Assembly (NCBI GenBank): GCA_032718475.1
Contig: JAUCBJ010008551.1
Coordinates: 7,002-71,001, forward strand
Origin: Nemertoderma westbladi
Taxonomy: Eukaryota; Animalia; Xenacoelomorpha
DNA: 64,000 nucleotides
Reading direction: 5' to 3'
Below are positions 13,001 to 23,127 of this stretch, one piece after another (position 1 is the first letter of the stretch; every line of letters starts with the position of its first letter). The position numbers and the translations under genes were made by a program. The notes under the pieces were generated by a model, which did not search any database, had not been told where the DNA came from, and saw only the letters and a program-made list of their open reading frames with translations.

Positions 13001-14798
13001 ACTCAATTAGCTTCAACTGGTGAGTCAACTGGAGTTAATTAGTTAGCTGGCGAGTCAAACTCGACTCAATTAAGTTAGCTGGTTTGTGAGTCAAAATCGA
13101 CTATTAGTTAGCTGGTGGGTGAGTCAAATCGACTTATTTAAATTGCTGTGAATTCTAATAGACCCAATTAGTTAGGTAAGTTAACTCATCTTAATTATTT
13201 AGCTGGTGAGTCGAATCGGCCCAATTAGTTAACCTTAAATGCCTAAAATATTAAATAATGCCTATTTGTTTTACCATATGTAAGAAATATATAGTTATTT
13301 ATGTACTGTTTTGTTCTATATTCACAGAATTCAAAATTAAAATAAAACGTACTCCAGTGTGTCTGGCTGTGTGTGTCTGGCTGTGTGTGTCTGGATATTT
13401 AATGAGGCTGATTTACTAACGACTGAGCTTGTTTGTACTTGAGTTATGCTCAATCACGCCTTTATAGTTATGCTTTGATTAATAATAATCCCTTAACTCA
13501 ACTCAATTACAAATAGTGATAAAAAAGCTAAAACACCCCTTTTATTGAGTATATAATAATGTCTATTTCAGGATGTCAGTAAATGATTTAGTGAGTAATT
13601 TCTCTGCAATGGAGTTGTGCAATCTCTCGCCAGACACACTGGACGATAAGAAGAAACCGTGGTCTCTCAGTTCTATAGACGGGAGTTGGAGGAAATCCTT
13701 TAGTGCTGGGGGGCGACGGAAGTTTGGTGAGGTTTCATTGCAGTACAGTACAGACATCCGCACATTGATACACAATAAATATATTATTGTTCCTTTTTGT
13801 GTAATTTTCGTGACAGTAAATAGATGGATGATGTTGTTATATTCTGGATTTTGTATTAATATTAATTATGGTTAGAATTAAAAAAATTTTGTTTGAATAA
13901 TATTTATTTGATATTTGATTTTTGATCTACCTAGACATTGTGGTGAACCTTACGCAACACGCATTTATCAACGCCCTGCGTCGGTTCGTGGCGAACAATG
14001 GAACATGTCGTCATATGTACTCCGATAACGGTACAAGAGTTTGTGAGAGGAGAAAGAGAACTTAGAGAGGCAATTGAAGGATGGTTCACCGAAGACACCG
14101 CATCCCAAGTCTGGAGGGAACACTATATCCAGTGGCACTTCCAAACACCCTTAGCACCCCATATGAGCGGAGTGTGGGAGAAGCTCATCGACTTGGTAAA
14201 ACGATCCATGCGCGTCGCATTAGGAGACACCCGGGTAACCCACGACACCCTCCGCACGACATTCTGCGAGATCACGGCTACCCTGAACAACTGGCCCATC
14301 GTACCTATCCGCGATGACCCCACAGACCTGGAGCCTCTCACTCCTAACCATCTACTCGGAAGACCCAAAACCCACATTCTTCCAGAGACGATGTTTCCGG
14401 ATCCCAACGATATCGCAAGAAATACCAATTGGAAGAAGGCCCAAGCGTTGGCAGCGCATTGGTGGAGAATCTGGGCACAAGAGTACCTCATAACCTTCCG
14501 GACCAGGAGGAAATGGAACAACACCTATAGGAATGTCGCAATTGGTGACATGGTGCTAGTGAAGGAAGACCTTAAAGACCGCGTCCACTGGCCTTTGGCG
14601 CGAGTCGCGGGGATAACTCCAAGTAAAGACGGACTTGCGAGAACTGTGACAATACGAACGGCAAAGGGCCACTACCAACGCCCTATCCAGAGGCTGTGCT
14701 TTCTTGAAGGCAATGACAGCGGTGACTCTACGAGAGGTGATAAGTTCCCTACTCAGGATCCTGTTGCAGACATTGGTGACAATGCTAAACCCGTTTAA
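10100..14798 (+). pseudogene. BEL/Pao pol (RT, RNase H/peptidase A17, integrase), disrupted
   Basis: SLNSQLYTGP, CDIKAMFHQV, FYMDD, IFDPL, HVNGKENPAD, H-H-C-C zinc finger, and WPLARV..DGLARTV..RPIQRLC. Multiple frameshifts and a 1-kb insertion. Confidence 0.9.
12898..13927. mobile_element. Unclassified ~1 kb insertion splitting the integrase
   Basis: Removing it restores CLRSRAI-YLDIVVNLTQHAFINALRRF. A TA or AT duplication is possible. It contains ~30-bp tandem repeats (tcaattagttagctggtgagtcaac) at 12946-13235. Confidence 0.75.
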
Positions 14799-15079
14799 AC
14801 CCTTCTCATCCTGTTGACAAACTCCTTTAAATGTGATTTACTGACAATGATAATGGACCCCCCTTAAACCAACTGTAACCACGCAATGGTATTTGTGTTT
14901 CCTCGTGTGTTATGTGGAGTCCAGCGTCACCCTGCAGATGTTTCGACTGATGCAGGGTCGTTTATGTATTGTTCACCCTGATTTTGGTCATCGGGACCAA
15001 CTATATTGGATTATTGGAAATGGAAAAGATTTGAAGTGGAATTCATTGTATCCATTGTATTGTATTGTGTTGTCCGTTG

Positions 15080-15480
15080 CGTGCACAGTTCGGGGTGTAG
15101 GCGGTGTAACTAGTCCAGCTGTAGATCCCGGATTGCCGCGCAATCCGCGCTATCCCGTTATTCTGGTGGGTCCATGGTGCATCCACATGACTTCGTCGAT
15201 AGAGGTTTTATGTTTCTCAGTCGCGTTATTCTGGTGGGACCGATGCGTGGATTTTGGGGCGTAGGCGGTATAACTAGTCCAGCTGTAGATCCCAGAATGT
15301 TGCGTAAACCCATCCCACATGACTTCGTCGGCTGAGCTTTATGTTAATGGGAGTGTTATTCTGGAGGGTCCCTGGTGCATTCCACGTGACTTCACTTCCA
15401 GCATCTTCATTGTCCGTTACGTGTGCAGTTTGGGGCGTAGGCGGTGTAACTAGCCCAGCTGTAGATCCCAAATTGCTGCG
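15080..15480 (+). repeat. Three ~170-bp-period repeats between pol and ORF3
   Basis: gggg(t/c)gtaggcggt(g/a)taactag(t/c)ccagctgtagatccc occurs at about 15092, 15256 and 15432. Confidence 0.8.
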
Positions 15481-16055
15481 TGACACCCCTTCCACAACGA
15501 AAATTTCCCAAAGAAGATGGTTTAATGTAGTTGTAAATGATGAAAAGAAACAGACAACAATACTATAAACTGAATCATGACGTGTATGATGATGAAAATG
15601 TAATGATGCGCACCCTGGTGCTGCGCTTATAACAAATGATGATAGCCGGGGGATATAACCCCAATGATGAAATGGAAATAAATGAAATGTGAAATAAATG
15701 TGGAGATAAATGATGAAATGGTGGAACTAAATGATGAAATATGCGTTGAAATAAATTAAATGTACAATGAGTAATGAGTAAAAAGACAAAAAAAAAAAAT
15801 GTATAAAATGTAGAAAGAAAAGAATTGGAAAAAAAAAGAGGACATAAAAAGTCAAAACTGGTTGGATATTAATGTATAGCTATAGTAACTGTAAATGCTG
15901 AATGTATTAGCAATAAGATGGTAGATGCCTATATAGCAATGATATTTAATAAACTGAATTACAAATAAACTGAATTATTCTGCAGTCACTATAGTATCAG
16001 ACTTTCTGGATTTATAATTAACTGAGGTAAATTTGCAACGGACATAATCGAAAAT

Positions 16056-18480
16056 ATGGACCCAAATTGCCAAATTATCGGCGAACTACGTAATACGATA
16101 GATTTACTGGAATATCCACAACCTGGATCCCCTAACTTTGATACAAAATGGAACGCCCTGATAAATGAGAATGTGCGAGTCGTCAAATTCTCCGGGCGAG
16201 AGGGACCAGATTCCCGGAATCTACGAGACCTCCGGTTGTCCGATGCTAGTACGAGACTGAAAAGAACTCGGAACGCAAAGGCAACCGGAGGGGATGAGTT
16301 GTTGTACTGGGAAACGTTCCGGCAAAGCGCCTACAAATCCCGATGTTTGATATACGATAACGAGGGAAACGCGATGCCCACCTCGAAAGCGATTACGTTG
16401 GCGCGATGTCAAAGTTTTGTCGACGACAAGAGTACGTACCTTGCCTACTGGGGAAACCTAGCGGAGTGTACGGCAACGCTGCGAGAGGAACGTATATCAG
16501 TTATCCAGAATGCGACGACTACCAGGAGAAGTATGTGACGAAGGAATACGGTCGATCCTTGGTCGTCGTCCTCGGTACCCTGGACGGTTTGGTGTTGGTA
16601 TGTCGAATATTTCCGACACCCAGACAGGAGGTGAGGACAGCCGGAGCGATCTGGCTACTACCACCTGAGATCCAAAAGATCCTATTCGACTTCGACATCA
16701 TTAAAATCGGGTCGGATATAAAGGCGGACGTCCGAAATGACTACGCGAATGCTCACTTTGGAAGAGACCGTCGAGAAGATCTCAACGACATTGGTCATTG
16801 TGTCGACACCCAGACACTATTAGCCTGGTTACGATCCGCCGAATTCCTGCGAGGACTCCGAGAGGTGAGACGGACGAAATCCGGTATCGGCTACCTCGCA
16901 GTGCAAACGGCGGCATAGATTTTTAAACCCCAGAAATTCCAGGACTATAATAAGATATATGGTGGATACCCTGGATTAGAAATAAAGAGTGAGTGAGAGA
17001 GTCGCTGGAAGGACGTTGAAAGAAAGTGGACGATCCACCACAAGTGGGAGCATCCGGAGCGACGGAACTATATCTACGTCGTTATGGAATCATACACAGT
17101 TGCTAAGTTTATCTGTAAAACTCTCGATAGCCTCATTACGGTGGTTCCTAATTCCCTTATCGACTATGAGTGGAACGAAGTTATTAACCATGCGTTCAAA
17201 GCGGTCGAGAATATTTCACCGGGAGAGACAAAAACGCTCACCGTCATCGCTTCCTGGGACGAGAATGGGCCGTTCGACATCCCTACGATTACCGATCTCC
17301 TCGGTGCGGAGGAACCACTGATTTCTTCGGAGGGGGAGGAATTATGGTTACAGGAAGGTGTTCTACTGTCCACCCCAAAACGACAACTCGATCCGGAAAT
17401 CGCGTACAAACCGGCCACCAAGTGGGTTGCCTTGGCCGAACCTGTGATGGAAGCAGGCGTTTCCACCCCACTTGGCTCCAGTAGCCCCGCGAGGGAGTTA
17501 GTCACTACATTCGCGTTGAATGACTTCGGCTTCATATGTTAGAGGTTATCTCCATATCCGTTCCCGGGTGGCGAAGACTGGTCTTCGGAGATTCCGAGTA
17601 CCAGCACCCAACGGACCCGCTCAGCGACACTGGTTGAAAAGGGTCCCAACGCTGCGCCGACTCCCAAAGATCTCTTCGGAATCCCTCCATCGAAAACCCC
17701 AGCACCTCTTCGCCGACCAGCAATGGCAACTACCCCTTCCGTTCAACAGGATCCTATGCGACTTACTCAATGGTACGCCGAGCAGACCGAATGGATCCAC
17801 CGCCAGAAACGGTCATCCGAAATGAGACCGGCAGGACATAAAGAAGGTTATAGAAACAAGAACATACTACGCCAAAGCACAGCTTTTCGCGGGCTACCGG
17901 CCACAGCGAATATTCCAAAAAGCGACCGATGACTCGAGTTTTACGTCGGTGTCCCGATTCCGATATTCTTCGGCTGGGAGATGCAGTTAGAGATATGCGG
18001 AGACTGCGGTTCGGAGCAGTGCCCACACAGTAGAAGAAATCGAGTAACCGATTCGTGCCTCCAGCTCCTCGGGATACTGTATTGTCCCTACTGCGCGACA
18101 TCGTGACATGATGTTTCAGTTTGTCCAACCCTCTATAACCTCTGCACAACATGCGGTTTCCGTGGACATTCCGCTAGCCCCCGCTGCAATATAAAGTGTC
18201 CCACGAAGGATGTAACCGCTATGGGGAATATGGTTATGTTCGAAACCTACGCAAACAACCACGTAAAGACCAAAGTACGGAGAAACGCTCGGAATATCGC
18301 GCAAGAGATGGCGTGCGGGTATTTTTTGTTCCCGGAGCGCCTCCATACCATACGCCATTGGATTTATTTTAAATGAATATTCCGATATCACTACTGGGTG
18401 CGGGAACATGGGTTTTGGGCACATTCAATGGACTGGGGGCGATTTATGGGCGAATATTGGGGCGACTTACGAGGTACGGG
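16056..18480 (+). pseudogene. ORF3 of the BEL element: WRN/EXD-like DEDDy 3'-5' exonuclease plus C-terminal zinc knuckles, disrupted
   Basis: ExoI-like CLIYDNEG, ExoII-like LPPEIQKILFDFDIIKIGSDIKAD, then CVDTQTL, KSGIGYLA and ExoIII-like YIYVVMESY. CGDC..., CPYC-x4-H-x4-C and CTTCGFRGH...C lie at about 17996-18190. Confidence 0.65.
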
Positions 18481-18519
18481 ACTCATTTCATGTATTTAAG
18501 AGCCAGGGGTGGGAGGAAA

Positions 18520-19697
18520 AGTTAAGCAGTATTCAGGTTTCCCTGATTACTATTAGGCCTAGCCAACTTCCTGCTGCCTGTAGAGGTGGATTTGGTAACT
18601 CGCTAGGTCTAAAGGACAAGGACTGCCCTTAGCGGTCCCTGGCCAACAGCAGTTATTACGAGCCTGAAAAGGACATCGGAAAGTCTGCTGCTTGTGTCAG
18701 GGCTTTGCGACGGGAACTGACGACAGACCCCTAGCCAAGCCGTACTGGTTCCTGACCAATCCCTTCGGGGTTCGGAAAGGGTGGGATGGACACGTGAACA
18801 GATCGACTGACTAACGGAGGAAGGGTTTGACGAGGACTGCATTCCTGAAGTGGGTTCCACGACTGGCGTTAGTACGAGCCTGAATAAGGACTCGGAAAAC
18901 CACCAACCGTTGGGGCTCACGATGGGCTGACAGACCCCTTGCCAAGCCGTACTGGTTCCTGACTGATCCCTTCGGGGTTTGGGAAGGTTGGGACGGACAC
19001 GCAACGGGGTCGAAAGACAAAGGACTGGACTCTACTGGCCTACCGACTGTTCGGAGCAGCTTCTCGGCTGCCTAAGCGACTACGAGCCTGAATAAGGACT
19101 CGGAAAGCCTAGGTGGTTGGGTCCCTGCAATGAACCGACGGACCCCTAGCCAAGCCGTACTGGTTCCTGATGACTGATCCTTTTGGGGTTCGGGAAGGGT
19201 GGGACGGACACGCAAACGGGTCCACCGACATGACAGACCCCTAGCCAAGCCGTACTGGTTTCTGATAACCGATCCCTTCGGGGTTTGGGAAGGGTGGGAC
19301 GGACACGCAACAGGGTCGTCCGACACCGACACCACGGTACCGAGACTAGGACCGGGGGGAAATTGGGGAACATTAGTTAGGCTAAAATCTGAGCGTACAG
19401 TGGGTAATTAAATAATGTACTGTAGGGATTTATATTGTCGTGTTATATTATTGTGAATATTTGGTGTATATTGGTTTGGGGAAGCCCAACTTATTCTCAA
19501 TCAAGGTTCAACTGTAGGGAAGTTACATTAAAGAGTATATCCAACCAATGAAACTTTTCCTCAACCGCAATCTTGCATTTCAGAACGTATTCCTTCTCCA
19601 CTACCAATATCCGGTGACTGGCCGGGATTCCGTGGTCTGAAAAGTTCCGCCTCCAGCATCGGCGATTTCCCCCATGGTGTCGGGAATAACGGCAACA
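18520..19697 (+). repeat. 3' LTR of BEL/Pao element (start inferred just after the polypurine tract)
   Basis: Purine-rich tract ggggtgggaggaaaa at 18506-18520 is followed by gttaag. Homology to the 5' LTR runs from 18615, and the repeat ends GGCAACA. Confidence 0.8.
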
Positions 19698-19818
19698 TCT
19701 TCAATTATCCTTATAAGTGCCAAAATGGGCTCCATGGTCCCACGACCTTTACGGAATCCATTGTGATTTCCACGGAGCAGTCTCTCAATGGGATCCCTGA
19801 TGCGATTTAATATAATTC
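19698..19818 (-). mobile_element. RTE-like LINE, 5' piece (same insertion as 5636-6220)
   Basis: The minus strand encodes RIILNRIRDPIERLLRGNHNGFRKGRGTMEPILALIRIIE and is flanked by TSD ggatagtagata (19819-19830). Confidence 0.85.
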
Positions 19819-19938
19819 GGATAGTAGATAGAATAGAATGAAATCAAAGATACTAGGTTAATAACTGACCTGACAGTCTAATTTCTGTTAAACAATATAT
19901 AAATCAAAGGAAAAGTAATAAATTGTCAACTTGTCATC

Positions 19939-20489
19939 ATGTCAACTTATCAGCGTTCTGGTGAATTACTCGTAACGCTACAAATGACTACTTTGCAGCG
20001 TTGCGGCCTATAGGACAGAACGCTGCAAAGTAATCAATGACATGGAAACAACTTCAATTAACGCATTCCAGAATTTATTATTTCCATTTATGTTAATGAT
20101 TGCTGCTTTATTATCCAGTTTGCAGTAACGGGACTAGCTACTGTATGTAAATAATTGTTTAACGTGTACTGTAATCCATTATGGCAAATGTCCAATAGAA
20201 GACACTAAAAAAACCAAAGAAAATGGCGACAGTGTTCAGTAAAACTGAACGGACACAGACAGTGAATAAGTTTGCTTCAGTCGACTAAAGTCAAGATGGA
20301 TTAATGATTTATCACATCCAAGCAGGAGATAACTTCCAATAAACTTTAAGTAGATTTAAATTTATAATTAATACTGTGTCTGTTAAAAAATTTTACTTAT
20401 ATTCGATATAGTGTAGTACATGATTAAAATGTATAAATAAGCATCCATAAAATCCTTTATTCACATACCGAACGCTGATAAGTTGACAT
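19939..20489. mobile_element. MITE-like element with 20-bp terminal inverted repeats
   Basis: atgtcaacttatcagcgttc (19939-19958) pairs with gaacgctgataagttgacat (20470-20489). An internal 18-bp-stem hairpin lies at about 19985-20037. No clear TSD. Confidence 0.55.
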
Positions 20490-21355
20490 AATGTAACAAA
20501 ATTACATACATCATTGCTTGCAAAGGTAACTTTTCAGCGTTAAAGACCCTTGTTTGTTTATGTAAACCTCCCACGCTGCGATCGCTCGGTACATAAATAA
20601 ACTCGGGTTATAACGCTGCAAATTGTTACTTTGCACACAATACTTTAAATAGTTATTATTTATTTGTGGGGAATTATTTGTAGTTACAGTATGCACTCAA
20701 ACTTTCTGGAACAACCTAATAATGACACGGTGACATACTGGATATACTGGAAATACATAGTAAATGTATGGCGTAGGGACATACTGAGAAATAATGTCGC
20801 ACTGCGATATAAAGCTGGAAAATATGTCGCTCTGGCGATTTGGTAGTGCGAAATTAATTCCAAACAAATAAATAAAAATTAATATTCTATACACCATGTC
20901 CTAGAATATAGTGTCGTTATTCAGGTACCCTCCACCCCCCCCCCCCCCCCCCCCCCTCAAATTTAAATTTTTCTACAAATCTTAATGAGATTGCATGAAA
21001 TTTTAAACGTAGATAGTTTCACCTCCCTCCTCCTCCATGGTGAGCTATAATTTTCACTTTTGATTTCATTCTTTAGCTACAAGCGTTTGAAAAAGGTGTC
21101 TCCGTCGATAATGCTCAAGTTACCCTGCAGTTATTATTCAATCTTATAGTAATTTATAGGTACAGTAAGAATGCTGGCCATGCAAAGATTCCAAATATGT
21201 ATCACAATCTGAATTTCGTCGTAAAATAGCTGAGAAATGAGCCTCAAATTTTGCATGGTTTTGCGCCTGTGCAAGGCTATTTCATTCTACTTAGCAAATA
21301 AACCATATTCTGGAACACTTTGCTTATGTATGAATAGCTATACAATAGTAGGACT

Positions 21356-22394
21356 ATGGCCTATGGTGACAAAGAACCATTTGAAGTATTATGGGGAGTC
21401 CTCCAAGGAGACACAATTGCGCCTTTCATGTTCATAATTGTGGTTGACTATGTTCTACGCATGTCCTTAGATCATCATAATGATGTTGGGGTGATGGTAA
21501 CTCCCCCTACTGGCTCCAGAAGTCGAGAAAATCCTGCCAAGTACCTAACTGATCTAGAATTTGCTGATGACTTAGGAGTACACTTAGAATCACTAGAGGG
21601 AGCCCAACGGCTCCTCAGCTCATTAGAACAGGTTGCTTCTAGTGTCGTATTTTTATTAACTCCAGAAAGACCAAAATTATGACAGTTAACTTTGAAAGTC
21701 TTAAGCAAGTCTCTGATTGGATGAGCATAAGCTCAAAGGATGTTATGTTTGAGCATGTGGACGACTTCTGTTACCTGGGATCATGGATCCGGAAGTCAGG
21801 TGAGGACTTTCGAAAACGTAAGGGAAAGGCATGGGCAGCCTTGAATAGGCTTTCCAGGATTTGGAAGTCACAGAGAATTAATCGGAAACTTAAGGTCCAA
21901 TTGTTTAGAGCAGCAGTAGTTCCAGTACTCCTCCATGGGAGTCAATGCTGGGCTCTAACTGCTGAGGACACCAAATCTCTGGATGGCATATTCACAAGAA
22001 TGCTACGCCGTGTTCATTGTGTCAAGTACAATGCACACATCTCCAACCAGACACTATATAACATTGGAGTTGTCTCATTGGTTCCCCCAAGCTTGACATT
22101 AGAACAAAATCTCCTCCGCTTTGCAGGACATTGCTTTCGCAGTGAGGACCAGCCAGTGCATAATCTTGTACTTTGGCAGCCTCATGGAGTGAATAAGAAT
22201 GGTGGACAGTCCATAAATCTCTTGAGACGCATCTTAAAGGAAACTGGCCTTGAATATGCGGATGATCTAGCAAATGTCATGGGTGATAGCGAGTTGTGGC
22301 GGCGCAATTTTGTCGACAAGGCGGCACAGCATTCTTAAAAAAGCAGCTGCAATGCACCAAGCCGATCCTAGTAGCAGTAGTAGTAGTAGTAGTA
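21356..22394 (+). mobile_element. 5'-truncated RTE-like LINE (same family as 5636-6220)
   Basis: GVLQGDTIAPFMF, FADDL, FCYLGSWI and LRFAGHC motifs, with a (GTA)n tail. Confidence 0.9.
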
Positions 22395-23127
22395 TTAACA
22401 TCGAGGTTGAACTGCGATTCGCTAGAATTCAGTCAGTCAGTGTTGGCAAATGAGCGGTGTAAGATTTCTATCCGTTTTCCGAGAAGTTAAAAATTCTGAA
22501 CGAATTCTCGTAATGATGTCTCTTCTCGAAGCCGATATTCGCTTTTGGGATGATAAGTCACTCTTTCCTGAACCTCACGATGTATCCAGTCTGGATTCCA
22601 TTCTCCAAGACCAGAATGATGCAAGTTTGTGTGCTGCACTATCGACAGAGTCTATGGAGGTTGTGGAGCACATTGCTGGGTTCATTATAAAGAAGCTCCG
22701 GGATTTATCCTAATCCAATGATACATGCCACAAATGTCAAGTATTCTCTACCTCTACTATCGCGTCTACCAGCAATGATGGACTAGACACTGGACAGTCC
22801 ACAAGCTATCTTGGAGTGCTCAACCGAGGTGGACTTCTAACGCCATCGCCGGCGTTCAGTGAGATTATTTGCGACGGTTTTTGTCGATTGGACTATGCTG
22901 AAGGTATCCTTCAGCAAACGGGTACCCCTATTCGTGCTGCCTCAAAGCACGTTTTGGAGATCTTTGGAATTTGTGCGTCGGAAATGTTTTGCGAACTCCA
23001 CAAGAAGAACATCACTCTAGTTCACTTAAACATTTTCTTCAATAACTCCCAACATGAGATAACTGACCAAAGACGTGTGCAAAGTAACACTGCGCTCAAG
23101 CAACGGCAACGTTCTAGACGTCAGTAA
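22395..23127 (+). pseudogene. C-terminal remnant of a P-element/THAP9-like transposase
   Basis: EHIAGFIIKKL...CHKC...LNRGGLLTPS resembles the YIAGY..CxxC..RGGLxxPS C-terminal signature. In-frame stop at 22711. Confidence 0.55.

Larger units (their letters stand above)
6218..19697 (+). mobile_element. BEL/Pao LTR retrotransposon (decayed) nested in the RTE LINE, with an additional ORF3
   Basis: Direct repeats of ~1.08 kb (6218-7299 and 18615-19697) both end in GGCAACA. Gag zinc knuckles, protease (FLDNGSD), RT (FYMDD), Pao RNase H (FSDAS, IPRLELQAA) and integrase (GVDCFGP, GVWEKLI, LTPNHLL) occur in BEL order. Confidence 0.95.
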
